DNA of 32,000 bases from Edaphobacter aggregans. GTDB taxonomy: Bacteria; Acidobacteriota; Terriglobia; Terriglobales; Acidobacteriaceae. The translations under genes were made by a program, and so were the position numbers. Below, piece after piece: positions 8,022 to 20,438 of this stretch (positions are counted from its first letter, which is position 1; every line of letters begins with the position of its first letter). The notes under the pieces were generated by a model, which was not told the DNA's origin, ran no database searches, and was given only the letters and a program-made list of their open reading frames with translations. Location: positions 4,620,001 through 4,652,000 of the forward strand of contig NZ_RSDW01000001.1 in the NCBI RefSeq assembly GCF_003945235.1, written 5' to 3'.

Positions 8022-8051
8022 CCTCACTACCCAACGCTCACCACTCAGCTC

Positions 8052-9251
8052 TTATTTGTAGAACGATGCAATCGCATCGACGACCGTCTGTTGCTCGTCG
8101 TCGCGTAGTTCCGGATACATCGGCAGCGCCAGCACCTCAACTGCTGCAGCTTCGCTCGCCGGGAAGTCGCCCGCCTTGTAACCAAGACTGGCGAGGCTGG
8201 TCTGCAGATGCAGGGGAACGGGATAGTAGATCTCGCTGCCAATCTTCCGCTCCGTAAGGTACTGACGAAGCGCATCCCGGCCGGGAGCACGAATGACGTA
8301 CTGGTGGAAGACATGTCCGGCACGTGGGTCGGTAATGGGGAGCACAATACCCTCTGCGGTGCTTGATGCGACAAGACCAGCGACGCGGAAGAGCTCATCG
8401 TAGCGTGCAGCATGGTCACGGCGCTGCTGATTCCATTCCGGCAGATAGCGCAGCTTAACCTCAAGAATGGCGGCCTGCAGGGAATCAAGCCGTGAGTTCC
8501 ATCCGACCTCTTCGTGGTAGTAGCGCTGGCGCATGCCGTGAGCGCGCAAAACCCGCGCATGATCGTCGAACTCGGCCAATGGAGTTGTGAGCAGGCCTGC
8601 ATCTCCAAACGCGCTGAGATTTTTGGTGGGATAGAAACTAAATGCGGCCAGATCGCCCAGCGCGCCAGCGTAAATGCCGTCCCAGGTGGCTCCAAAGGCC
8701 TGCGCCGCGTCTTCAATTAGCAAAAGTCCATGCCGCTGCTTCAGGGCTGTAAAGGCATCCCAGTCAGCGCACTGGCCGTAGAGATGGACGGGCATGACCG
8801 CCTTTACCTTCGAGCGGGTGTGAGTGCGTAGAACCCCTTCCACTGCATCAGCGGACAAGTTGAAGGTGGCAGGGTCGATATCGGCCAGCAGCGGCTGCGC
8901 CCCGCAGCGCAGGATGGCGCTGACCGTCGCGAAAAAGCTGAAAGGAGTGGTGATAACAGCGTCACCGGGGCCAATGTTGGCCGCTGCCATGGCCAGCCAG
9001 AGGGCATCCGTACCGCTGGCGCAGCCGACGCCATGAGGAACTCCGCAAGCCCTTGCGGCTGCCTTTTCAAAGCTTTCTACCTGGGGTCCAAGGATGAATC
9101 GCTGCGAATCGCAGACATTTTCGATGGCTTCCAAAATTTCTTTCCGGATCCCAGCGAACTGTCGGGCGAAATCCAGCATCTGAACGGGTTGCGAGTTCTC
9201 TGGCACATCTGTCATGGTATATCGCTGTTCGGTCGGATGACGTTGCGTCAT
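8052..9251 (-). CDS. DegT/DnrJ/EryC1/StrS-family PLP-dependent aminotransferase
   Basis: 399 aa with family motifs FILGPQVESFE, GCASGTDALWLA and FSFYPTKNLSAFGDAG (PLP lysine). Confidence 0.88.
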   Translation of the reverse strand: MTQRHPTEQRYTMTDVPENSQPVQMLDFARQFAGIRKEILEAIENVCDSQRFILGPQVESFEKAAARACGVPHGVGCASGTDALWLAMAAANIGPGDAVITTPFSFFATVSAILRCGAQPLLADIDPATFNLSADAVEGVLRTHTRSKVKAVMPVHLYGQCADWDAFTALKQRHGLLLIEDAAQAFGATWDGIYAGALGDLAAFSFYPTKNLSAFGDAGLLTTPLAEFDDHARVLRAHGMRQRYYHEEVGWNSRLDSLQAAILEVKLRYLPEWNQQRRDHAARYDELFRVAGLVASSTAEGIVLPITDPRAGHVFHQYVIRAPGRDALRQYLTERKIGSEIYYPVPLHLQTSLASLGYKAGDFPASEAAAVEVLALPMYPELRDDEQQTVVDAIASFYK

Positions 9252-9315
9252 TCGGCTTTGGGGCCTCGTCTAATCGTAATAGGGTGACCATCGTTGTTCC
9301 TGACGGACACGTTGG

Positions 9316-9344
9316 TTGAAAATTGTGATGGATGCTCGTATTGT
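9316..9344 (+). promoter_or_regulatory. Candidate sigma70-type promoter for hfq
   Basis: TTGAAA (9316-9321), a 17-nt spacer, then TATTGT (9339-9344), about 110 nt upstream of the hfq ATG. Pattern match only. Confidence 0.3.
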
Positions 9345-9455
9345 TTACGTCTTGGCTCCTGACAGTGCGGCACTTGGAACCTGGACTCGCTGAGTCGATG
9401 CAATACGGCGGGACATTTACGTAAAAGGATTTTTCAACAAAAGGAGATCGGCACC

Positions 9456-9785
9456 ATGGAATCAAAGCCGGCACAGAACATTCAGGACACCTTTCTCAAT
9501 ACAGTGCGGAAAGATAAGAGTCCAATTACGATCTACCTCGTTAGCGGCGTCAAGCTTACGGGCAAGATTCGTTCCTTCGATAAGTACTCTGTGCTGTTAG
9601 AAAACAACAGCCAGGAGCAGCTGATCTTCAAACATGCCATCTCGACGGTTGTTAGCGGACGTGCGGCAGCTCATCCCGGCTCTCCTGAGGCCAGAGTTGA
9701 AGCGCGGGTCCCCGGTACACATCCTGTTGCCGCAGCAGCTCCAGTGCCTGCGCAGCCGGAACCCACCGGAACACAAGGCCGCTAA
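9456..9785 (+). CDS. hfq: RNA chaperone Hfq
   Basis: [56 protein letters not shown] contains the Sm1/Sm2 motifs. There is a Pro/Ala-rich C-terminal extension. The SD AAGGAG precedes the ATG. Confidence 0.97.
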   Translation: MESKPAQNIQDTFLNTVRKDKSPITIYLVSGVKLTGKIRSFDKYSVLLENNSQEQLIFKHAISTVVSGRAAAHPGSPEARVEARVPGTHPVAAAAPVPAQPEPTGTQGR

Positions 9786-9830
9786 CCGGGTGAAGGCCGC
9801 GTGTACGGTGGAAGCCGTTAGCTGGATGAA

Positions 9831-11348
9831 ATGACCATCAACCGCGTGAAGCCAGTGGTGAAGCGGAGCCTCGTTGACGCGCAGGCCGCTGCAACCGCAG
9901 CTCAGGACGACAGCTTCCATCCAGCCAGACACAACGCCGAGCAGGCCGTCCTGGTCGCGGTAGAGTTCACCGGTCATCGACGAAAGCCGACCTCTGCGGC
10001 GAGTCTCGCCCGCAAAGCAGCCGCCGTCACGACCGGAGCGGTCGACCTCGACATGCATCTCGACCAGAATCCCGATGAGCCCGCACCCCCGCAGCGAACA
10101 CCCGAACCGGACCACGCCGATCTTGACTTCGAGGCATCGCTCGCCGAGTTCGAAGAGCTGGCCCGCAGCGCCGGCGCCGAGGTCGCAGCCACCCTCATCC
10201 AGAAAAGAGCGAAGCCTGACCCGGCAACGCTGGTAGGCGGCGGCAAACTCGAGGAGATACAAGGCGTCGTAGGATCGACCAACGCCGACCTCGTCCTCTT
10301 CGACCACGACCTCACCCCGTCGCAACTGCGCAATCTCGAAGGCAAGCTGCCCTGCCGTGTCATCGACCGGACACAACTCATCCTCGACATCTTCGCCCGC
10401 CACGCCCGCACCCGCGAGGGTCAGCTTCAGGTCGAGCTCGCCCAGCTCGAATACCAGCTCCCCCGTCTGGCAGGCCGAGGCAAGGCCATGAGCCAACTCG
10501 GCGGCGGCATCGGCACCCGAGGCCCCGGCGAAACCCAGCTCGAGACCGACCGCCGCAAGATCAACCTCCGCATCGACCATGTCAAAGAGCAGCTCGAGTC
10601 TGTGCGCCGCATCCGTCGCCAGCAGCGCCAACGCCGCGAAGCCGTCCCCGTGCCAGTCGTGGCGCTCGTTGGCTACACCAACGCGGGCAAAAGCACCCTC
10701 TTCAATGCCCTCACTGAAGCCGGCGTGCTCGAATCCTCCCGGATGTTCGCCACGCTTGACCCCAAGCTGAGCCAGTTGCAGCTCCCGTCACGTCGCAAAG
10801 TTTTGCTCTCCGACACCGTAGGTTTCATCCGCAACCTGCCCCATACGCTCGTGACCAGCTTCCGCGCCACGCTCGAAGAGGTCGAACGAGCCGAGCTCCT
10901 CCTCCACGTCCGCGACGCCTCAAGCCCCATGGTTGACGAGCAGAAGCTCCAGGTCGAGCGCGTTCTGGGCGAACTCGAAGTCACCGGCAAACCCGTCATC
11001 GAAGTCCTCAACAAAGTCGACCTGCTGGCGCCCGAAGAGAGAGCAATTCTGGCTGCGACCGAAGGCCCGCGAAGGGTTGCAGTCTCTGGGCTCAAGAAGT
11101 TGGGTTTGCAGGAGTTGCTGGCGGCGATCGACGCCGCTCTCGTGGCCGATCCGCTGATCGAGATGAACTTCCGTCTACCTCAGTCCGAGGGAGCCGTCAT
11201 GGCCGCACTCGAGGCCGGAGCCATCGTCGAAGGCAAGCGCTTCGAAGGTAACCTGGCCTATATGACTGCACGCGGGCCAGCCTCGCTCCTCAACCGTTAT
11301 CGGAGGTTCCGCGAAAACCCTAAAAATGCTCTCAAGGAGGGCCACTAA
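9831..11348 (+). CDS. hflX: GTPase HflX
   Basis: 505 aa with an HflX N-domain, then G motifs [20 protein letters not shown] and NKVD. Classic hfq-hflX synteny. About 55 residues of low complexity separate AVLVAVEF from [16 protein letters not shown]. Confidence 0.93.
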   Translation: MTINRVKPVVKRSLVDAQAAATAAQDDSFHPARHNAEQAVLVAVEFTGHRRKPTSAASLARKAAAVTTGAVDLDMHLDQNPDEPAPPQRTPEPDHADLDFEASLAEFEELARSAGAEVAATLIQKRAKPDPATLVGGGKLEEIQGVVGSTNADLVLFDHDLTPSQLRNLEGKLPCRVIDRTQLILDIFARHARTREGQLQVELAQLEYQLPRLAGRGKAMSQLGGGIGTRGPGETQLETDRRKINLRIDHVKEQLESVRRIRRQQRQRREAVPVPVVALVGYTNAGKSTLFNALTEAGVLESSRMFATLDPKLSQLQLPSRRKVLLSDTVGFIRNLPHTLVTSFRATLEEVERAELLLHVRDASSPMVDEQKLQVERVLGELEVTGKPVIEVLNKVDLLAPEERAILAATEGPRRVAVSGLKKLGLQELLAAIDAALVADPLIEMNFRLPQSEGAVMAALEAGAIVEGKRFEGNLAYMTARGPASLLNRYRRFRENPKNALKEGH

Positions 11349-11570
11349 GCCACACATTCACGGCCCAAAACTCACCGCTTAACTAGCATAGGCCGCCTGA
11401 TGGGGAGCGGAGGTGGTGTCCCCGATCACGCGACCTATGTGACCCAGAAAATAGGGTCCGGGTGGTATCTATCAGTTTAGTCCTTTGGTAACGGAAATCA
11501 AAGAGCCAGTGTGCTAAAAAATGCATGTCCGAAGATCGCTCGATTTGCGCGATTATCGAATGAATAAGGT

Positions 11571-11600
11571 TTGACACTCCCGCAAACGCTTTGCTAAAAC
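11571..11600 (+). promoter_or_regulatory. Candidate promoter of the ATP synthase operon
   Basis: TTGACA (11571-11576), an 18-nt spacer, then TAAAAC (11595-11600), preceded by an AT-rich stretch and about 110 nt upstream of the first atp gene. Pattern match only. Confidence 0.3.
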
Positions 11601-11709
11601 TAGATGTACCGCAAACTTTACGACTGGCCTCACCTCGCGTTTCGAATGTACAAAATAGCTGTGCGGAACAGCTGACAGGACTCCTGAGCGGCCGCGGCCG
11701 ACCCCCTTC

Positions 11710-12177
11710 ATGGATCAGATACTGAATCAACTCGGTGGACTTGTGCTCGGCTCTGTGCCGACCATGATTCTTTTCATCTTGCTTGTCATCGCCTACGGCT
11801 TCCTGGTTCGCCGTCCCCTTGAGCGCATTCTCTCCGAGCGTCATGCCCGCACCGCGGGAGCTATGGAACAGGCGCGCGGCGCAATTGCATCAGCCGAGGC
11901 TGAAACCGGCGCGTACGAAGATAAACTCCGCGCCGCTCGCGCCGAGATCTACGCCGCCCGCGAGAAGTTGCTCAAGCAGTGGAACGCCGAGCGCGACGCC
12001 GCACTCGAGCAGGTTCGCAACTCCACGAAAGAGCGTGTTCTCACTGCGCGTCTGGATATCGAACGGAGCGTTTCCGACGCACGCAATCAGATCGAAGGCC
12101 AGAGCGACGAACTGAGCGCCCGCATCCTCAACGCAGTCCTCCCAGCCGGCGTCGTCGCCACGGAGGTTGCACAGTGA
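11710..12177 (+). CDS. F-type ATP synthase Fo subunit b' (second b-type stalk subunit)
   Basis: 155 aa with a single N-terminal TM (VPTMILFILLVIAYGFLV), then RRPLERILSERH and a long Ala/Glu/Arg coiled coil. It immediately precedes atpF. No obvious SD. Confidence 0.8.
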   Translation: MDQILNQLGGLVLGSVPTMILFILLVIAYGFLVRRPLERILSERHARTAGAMEQARGAIASAEAETGAYEDKLRAARAEIYAAREKLLKQWNAERDAALEQVRNSTKERVLTARLDIERSVSDARNQIEGQSDELSARILNAVLPAGVVATEVAQ

Positions 12178-12905
12178 ATCTCTCCCCTATGAAAAAGTTC
12201 TTTGCCGGTCTTGCGCTGGCGACTATTTTGTTTGCTCCAGCCTGCCGCGTCCACGCGCAGGAACCCGGCGCCCCTGTCGTGGAGTCGGATAACGGCAGCA
12301 AGACTACCCCCGAGGCGCAGTCGCACGAGAAGAATAAGCAGGAAGAAGACGAGAACGATGCCTATCGTAAGTCGCCAACGGTAAAGGCTCTCGGCGCGAA
12401 GCTCGGCCTCAACCCGGATCAGGCCGCTACCACCTTCACCATTCTGAACTTCGTTGTGCTAGTCGGGTTGGTCGGCTGGTTCTTGCTGAAGACCCTCCCC
12501 AAGACCTTCCGCAATCGCAACACCGCAATCCAGAAGCATCTCGTCGAAGCCCGCACCGCGACCGAAGAAGCCAACGTCCGCCTGACCAGTGTGGAAGCCC
12601 GCCTGAGCAAGCTGGACGAGCAGATCGCTGCCCTCCGCGCGCAGTCTGAGAAAGACGCCGCTAACGACGAGCAGCGCATCAAGGCCAGCGTCGAAGAGGA
12701 GAAGCAAAAGATCCTCGCCGCGGCTGAGCAGGAGATTTCCGCCGCCTCCACCAACGCGCAGCGCCAGCTCCAGCAGTACGCCGCGAACCTCGCCATCGAG
12801 CAGGCTGCCCGCAAGCTGGTGGTCACGGCTGAGACCGACCGCCTCCTCGTGCAGGACTTCGCCCGCCGTCTCACTGGCAACGACGCCAAGGAAGGACACA
12901 ACTAA
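12174..12905 (+). CDS. atpF: F-type ATP synthase Fo subunit b with an N-terminal signal-peptide-like extension
   Basis: The GTG at 12174 overlaps the b' TGA and has GGAGG 7 nt upstream. ATG 12189 is an alternative start. The b core is FTILNFVVLVGLVGWFLLKTLPKTFRNRNTAIQKHLVEA plus a coiled coil. The ORF-track start at 11979 is an artefactual upstream extension into b'. Confidence 0.85.
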   Translation: MNLSPMKKFFAGLALATILFAPACRVHAQEPGAPVVESDNGSKTTPEAQSHEKNKQEEDENDAYRKSPTVKALGAKLGLNPDQAATTFTILNFVVLVGLVGWFLLKTLPKTFRNRNTAIQKHLVEARTATEEANVRLTSVEARLSKLDEQIAALRAQSEKDAANDEQRIKASVEEEKQKILAAAEQEISAASTNAQRQLQQYAANLAIEQAARKLVVTAETDRLLVQDFARRLTGNDAKEGHN

Positions 12906-13444
12906 TGTCAGTCCTCGCGCTCCGTTACGCTCACGCCTTCGCCTCGGTCGTCGCATCGAGCAAGCTCGACACCAACGCCGTCCAGCAGCAGCTCAACGAC
13001 TTCAACGATACCCTCGCCGAGAGCAACGCACTGCGTGAAGTTCTGGCGAACCCGGCGATCCCGGCCCCCGAGAAGCTCAAAGTCCTCGACGCCATAGCCG
13101 CTCGCGTCAACATGATTCCTCAGGTTCGGAACTTCCTGGCCGTCATCATGGATCACCACCGCCTGGCCGAGCTAAACGAGATCATCGCGGAGTATCATGC
13201 AGTGGCGGACGAGCAATCCGGCGTAGCCGAAGCCGAGATCACCAGCGCTCACCCTCTGAACGATCAGGACCGCGTCGAGCTGGAGTCGCAAGTCGCGAAG
13301 CTGGCCGGCGGACGCGTTCGCACCACCTATCGCCAGGACGCAAGCCTGTTGGGCGGTGCCGTTGTCCGCATCGGATCGACTGTATACGACGGCTCGATTC
13401 GCGCCCAGTTGCAGCAGTTGAAGCAGAAGCTAGTCAGTGCATAA
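12905..13444 (+). CDS. atpH: F-type ATP synthase subunit delta (OSCP)
   Basis: 179 aa. The start overlaps the atpF stop (TAATG). The OSCP-like sequence ends ...LLGGAVVRIGSTVYDGSIRAQLQQLKQKL. Operon position agrees. Confidence 0.92.
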   Translation: MSVLALRYAHAFASVVASSKLDTNAVQQQLNDFNDTLAESNALREVLANPAIPAPEKLKVLDAIAARVNMIPQVRNFLAVIMDHHRLAELNEIIAEYHAVADEQSGVAEAEITSAHPLNDQDRVELESQVAKLAGGRVRTTYRQDASLLGGAVVRIGSTVYDGSIRAQLQQLKQKLVSA

Positions 13445-13499
13445 AGTTTTCGTTCGCGAGCAATCGCGCTGAATTTCAAGATTGAAACGAATCGAGTAG

Positions 13500-15056
<1,557 letters not shown>

Positions 15057-15059
15057 ACC

Positions 15060-17624
<2,565 letters not shown>

Positions 17625-17636
17625 CGTTTTGTTGAG

Positions 17637-17692
17637 GGCACGGCTTTAGCCGTGCCGTAAGAAGCAAGTATGAAAAGGGGGCTTTAGCCCCT
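17637..17692 (+). repeat. Two adjacent hairpins sharing the core GGCTTTAGCC (REP-like), between atpD and atpC
   Basis: GGCACGGC-TTTA-GCCGTGCC (17637-17656) and GGGGGC-TTTA-GCCCCT (17677-17692). The second abuts the atpC SD GAGG (17693-17696). Confidence 0.7.
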
Positions 17693-17701
17693 GAGGTTCT
17701 G

Positions 17702-18133
17702 ATGGCAGACACACCACAATCCGGCCTGCTCACCGTCCGCCTCGTCACCCCGGACCGCGTCCTCGTAGACGCGACCGCCGAGGCAGTCGAGCTGCCGTCC
17801 ATGTCGGGATATCTGGAGGCACTCTACGGCCACGCACCCCTGCTCGCTGAGCTGGGAGCAGGCGAAGTTCGTCTCCACGGCGGCACCTCCGGCGACCAGA
17901 AGTTCTTCGTCGCCTGGGGCTTCGTCGAAGTCCTCCCCGAGCGAGTAACCATTCTCGCCGAAACCGCTCTCCACCCCAACGAGATCGACGTAGCCGAGGC
18001 ACGTCAGGAACTCGCAGAAGGCGAGAAGCTCTGGAACGAGGCAGGCGACGACGGCGAAAAGTACGACGAAGCCAACGCAGTCACCCGCCAGGCCGAAGAA
18101 AAGATTGCCTCAGCCGAAGGCAAAAGCACCTAA
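17702..18133 (+). CDS. atpC: F-type ATP synthase subunit epsilon
   Basis: 143 aa with an epsilon-like beta-sandwich N-domain (LTVRLVTPDRVLVD...GFVEVLPERVTILAE) and a helical C-terminus. Last gene of the operon. Confidence 0.93.
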   Translation: MADTPQSGLLTVRLVTPDRVLVDATAEAVELPSMSGYLEALYGHAPLLAELGAGEVRLHGGTSGDQKFFVAWGFVEVLPERVTILAETALHPNEIDVAEARQELAEGEKLWNEAGDDGEKYDEANAVTRQAEEKIASAEGKST

Positions 18134-18158
18134 GTTTTTTATGTCGGATACGACAGGG

Positions 18159-18186
18159 CCGCCTCGAACGAGGCGGTTTTCTTTTT
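18159..18186 (+). terminator. Intrinsic terminator of the atp operon
   Basis: CCGCCTCG / CGAGGCGG stem (18159-18176) followed by TTTTCTTTTT. Confidence 0.8.
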
Positions 18187-18199
18187 GCCTTTTCCGTTG

Positions 18200-18335
18200 T
18201 TTTCATCATCGCCCACGAAGAGAATCAGCCGCTCTTGTCGTTGCTTTTCTTGCTTGTCATCCCCGAAGGGGATCTGCTTCTTTTGTTGCTGCTGCTATTG
18301 CTCGTCATTCTGAGCGGAGCGAAGAACCCCCGCAT
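18200..18335 (+). repeat. Three tandem degenerate ~50-bp intergenic repeat units (acidobacterial-style)
   Basis: The cores are CATCATCGCCCACGAAGAGAATC (18204-18226), GTCATCCCCGAAGGGGATC (18256-18274) and GTCATTCTGAGCGGAGCGAAGAACCCC (18304-18330). They are spaced 52 and 48 nt apart and separated by T/G-rich GTTGCTG-type spacers. No credible ORF overlaps them. Confidence 0.65.
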
Positions 18336-18527
18336 TTTGTCCCGTAGGCCACAAATTTCTAAAGGGACAGCCTAAACGTTTTCCACAGATTTATTTCCAA
18401 AACGTGGCAGGTTTTCAGCGAGCGAAAATGTGCAGCCTACAAACCACACTATCCAGACTTTGCACCGCTTATTGACCACAAAAAGCACACTTCTATGACG
18501 CGTTCATTCCAAAACCCCCTCAAAAAC

Positions 18528-18566
18528 ACCAGCAAAAACAACAAAACCCCGGATCGCTCCGGGGTT
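18528..18566 (-). terminator. Intrinsic terminator of the aroD-aroE gene
   Basis: AACCCCGGA / TCCGGGGTT stem (18545-18566) with loop TCGC. On the minus strand it is followed by TTTGTTGTTTTTG. Confidence 0.75.
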
Positions 18567-18600
18567 CCTGCCGTCAGAAAAAAAGCGTGCAAATTAAGAA

Positions 18601-20235
18601 CTAAGAAGCCTTCTTCGCCTTAGCCGCAGTCCCCGATTTAGGCGAAGAAGCAGGCTTGGCAGCAGGCGCAGGAGCCTCAGCAGCAGCGGCCTCAGCAGCC
18701 TGCCGCAGTGCGTGAATGACCACGCGAAGCATCTCCTCCTCCGGAGCCGGCTTGCCCGTCCATATCTCGAACTGACGCGCCCCCTGCTGCACAAACATCT
18801 CAACTCCCGTAATGATAGGAATGCTCTGCTGGCGCGCCAACCGCAGCAACGGCGTCTCCACAGGGTTGTAAACCAGATCGAACACCAGCTTCGTATTCAG
18901 GTCTTTAGCTTCAAGCAGTTGCGCGCCCTTCTGCCCAGCCATCCCGATCGGCGTAGCGTTGATGATCACGTCAAACGGAGTCTTAGCCAACGCCTCCTTT
19001 TTGATGGTCTTCGATCCCGATTGCTTAGCCAGCTTCTGCGCGGTCTCAGCCGTACGGTTCAAGATGAAGACATCCGCACCCTTGTCCCTCAAGCCAAACA
19101 CAGCAGCCCGTGCGGCTCCGCCAGCGCCCAGCACCAGCGCCTTGGCTCCACGCAATGACATGCGCTTCTCCAGGGGTCCGACGATGCCGGCAACATCCGT
19201 ATTGAAGCCGTACAGCTTGCCATCCTGAGCGCGCAGCACGGTATTGGACGCGCCAATCTTGGCTGAAAGAGGATCGGTCTTCTCAAGGTGCGACATGATT
19301 TCCTGCTTGTGCGGCATCGTCACGCTAAGCCCTTGGATGGGAATCTCGTGCACCAGCTTGAGCAGATCAGTGACCTTGTGCGATTGCAGTGCCAGATACA
19401 CAGCATTGACCGTCTCTCGACGAAACGCCGTGTTCATCATGACAGGCGACAGCGAGCTCTTGATGGGATTTCCAGCAACTCCGTAGACCTTGGTAGCCGC
19501 ATCAACCTGATCGACTCGGTACGTCTCAATCAGGGTGCGAGCAGCAATCTGTCCCGGCCCAGTCTCTTCGCCAGGGGTAGCAGCCGCAAAGGTAAAGGCA
19601 CTCCCAGCACGCAGACCGAGCACACGCGAGATGATACCGGCGTCTCCCATGCAGATGCCAATGATGTTCGAGTTGTCCGTCATGCGCTCAAGAAAACGAA
19701 TGAGCGTGACATTATCGGTCAGCGACTTCGCCGTAGGAACGATCTTGACGAAATCAGGCTGGAACGGCGCAATCCGCTGATAAATACCGTCAAGATCCTT
19801 GGTAGCGTTGAAGTCGTGATGACTAATGATGAGGGCAATACCCGTGTCGCGCAGCTTCTGTAACTCGCCCTTTTTCAGAGCTTCGGCGGACTCAAGTTCC
19901 AGATCGACAATATGAAAGCCGGCACCGGCAGCCTTCGAAAGAATTTCCATCTCAGCGGCTACGTTACCGGAAAATTTTCCGCCGTTGGCTGCACGTCGGC
20001 AGGTCGCAATTGCGGTTGCTGCGGTGTTGTCTTCGAAGAAGTGCTTGAGTTTTGGAAGGGCGAGAAGGGGCTTCTCGAGGTAGTCGAGTCGGAACTCGAG
20101 AAAGGGCGTTTCTTTGACTACGGCGCTCGCTTTTTCGAGCATCTCGGCAGCAGTTGTGCCAATGATGGCGACGCAAACTTTACCGATGCGGGAACGGATA
20201 AATTGTGGGGCTACGCTGGGCACATTCGCTCTCAT
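18601..20235 (-). CDS. aroDE: Bifunctional type I 3-dehydroquinate dehydratase / shikimate dehydrogenase (AroD-AroE fusion) with a Lys/Ala/Pro-rich tail
   Basis: 544 aa. The N-half is type I DHQase-like (VCVAIIGTTAAEMLEKA...LEFRLDYL...IISHHDF). The C-half is AroE (YGVAGNPIKSSLSPVMMNTAF, LSVTMPHKQ, NTD, LGAGGAARA). The tail is AAEAAAAEAPAPAAKPASSPKSGTAAKAKKAS. Confidence 0.9.
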   Translation of the reverse strand: MRANVPSVAPQFIRSRIGKVCVAIIGTTAAEMLEKASAVVKETPFLEFRLDYLEKPLLALPKLKHFFEDNTAATAIATCRRAANGGKFSGNVAAEMEILSKAAGAGFHIVDLELESAEALKKGELQKLRDTGIALIISHHDFNATKDLDGIYQRIAPFQPDFVKIVPTAKSLTDNVTLIRFLERMTDNSNIIGICMGDAGIISRVLGLRAGSAFTFAAATPGEETGPGQIAARTLIETYRVDQVDAATKVYGVAGNPIKSSLSPVMMNTAFRRETVNAVYLALQSHKVTDLLKLVHEIPIQGLSVTMPHKQEIMSHLEKTDPLSAKIGASNTVLRAQDGKLYGFNTDVAGIVGPLEKRMSLRGAKALVLGAGGAARAAVFGLRDKGADVFILNRTAETAQKLAKQSGSKTIKKEALAKTPFDVIINATPIGMAGQKGAQLLEAKDLNTKLVFDLVYNPVETPLLRLARQQSIPIITGVEMFVQQGARQFEIWTGKPAPEEEMLRVVIHALRQAAEAAAAEAPAPAAKPASSPKSGTAAKAKKAS

Positions 20236-20438
20236 GTCTACAATCGCGGTATCTTACAGATCCGCGAGTCAGGATGCAAATTTTTGTTGAAACAAAAGGT
20301 ACTTAGCAGTACTTCAAAATTGCGGGTGCCCGTTTCCTGGTTACTCAGGGACACCTGATTGTAGACGTAATGCGTGGGGAAAAGTCACTTATTTATGGCA
20401 GAAAATGGGGCGATTTTCGGCTTTAGAATGAGGGGATT

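Noticed and set aside
7445-8257. 270-aa plus-strand alternative-frame ORF overlapping the SH3 gene end and the degT end
   Set aside because: The translation is an Arg/Ser/Gly-rich off-frame product that overlaps two better-supported genes on both strands.
9597-10631. 344-aa minus-strand ORF antisense to hflX, plus smaller ones at 9974-10411 and 10673-11095
   Set aside because: No recognisable motifs and Ala/Gly/Leu/Arg-biased composition. They lie entirely inside the well-supported HflX frame.
11383-11844. 153-aa minus-strand ORF spanning the hflX-atp intergenic region and the start of the b' gene
   Set aside because: It crosses the candidate atp promoter and overlaps the b' coding start. 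It has no SD and no recognisable domain, so it is probably a chance ORF.
18105-18347. 80-aa plus-strand ORF downstream of atpC
   Set aside because: It begins inside atpC, runs through the atp terminator and translates the tandem repeat units. This is the classic spurious 'hypothetical protein' created by intergenic repeats.
20236-20366. 10-bp terminal inverted repeat GTCTACAATC ... GATTGTAGAC flanking 111 bp between aroDE and pgeF (possible MITE)
   Set aside because: Only the 10-bp ends pair, and the interior shows no complementarity or target-site duplication. By rough estimate a few such 10-bp inverted repeats within 150 bp are expected by chance in 32 kb. The region is more simply a divergent promoter region.
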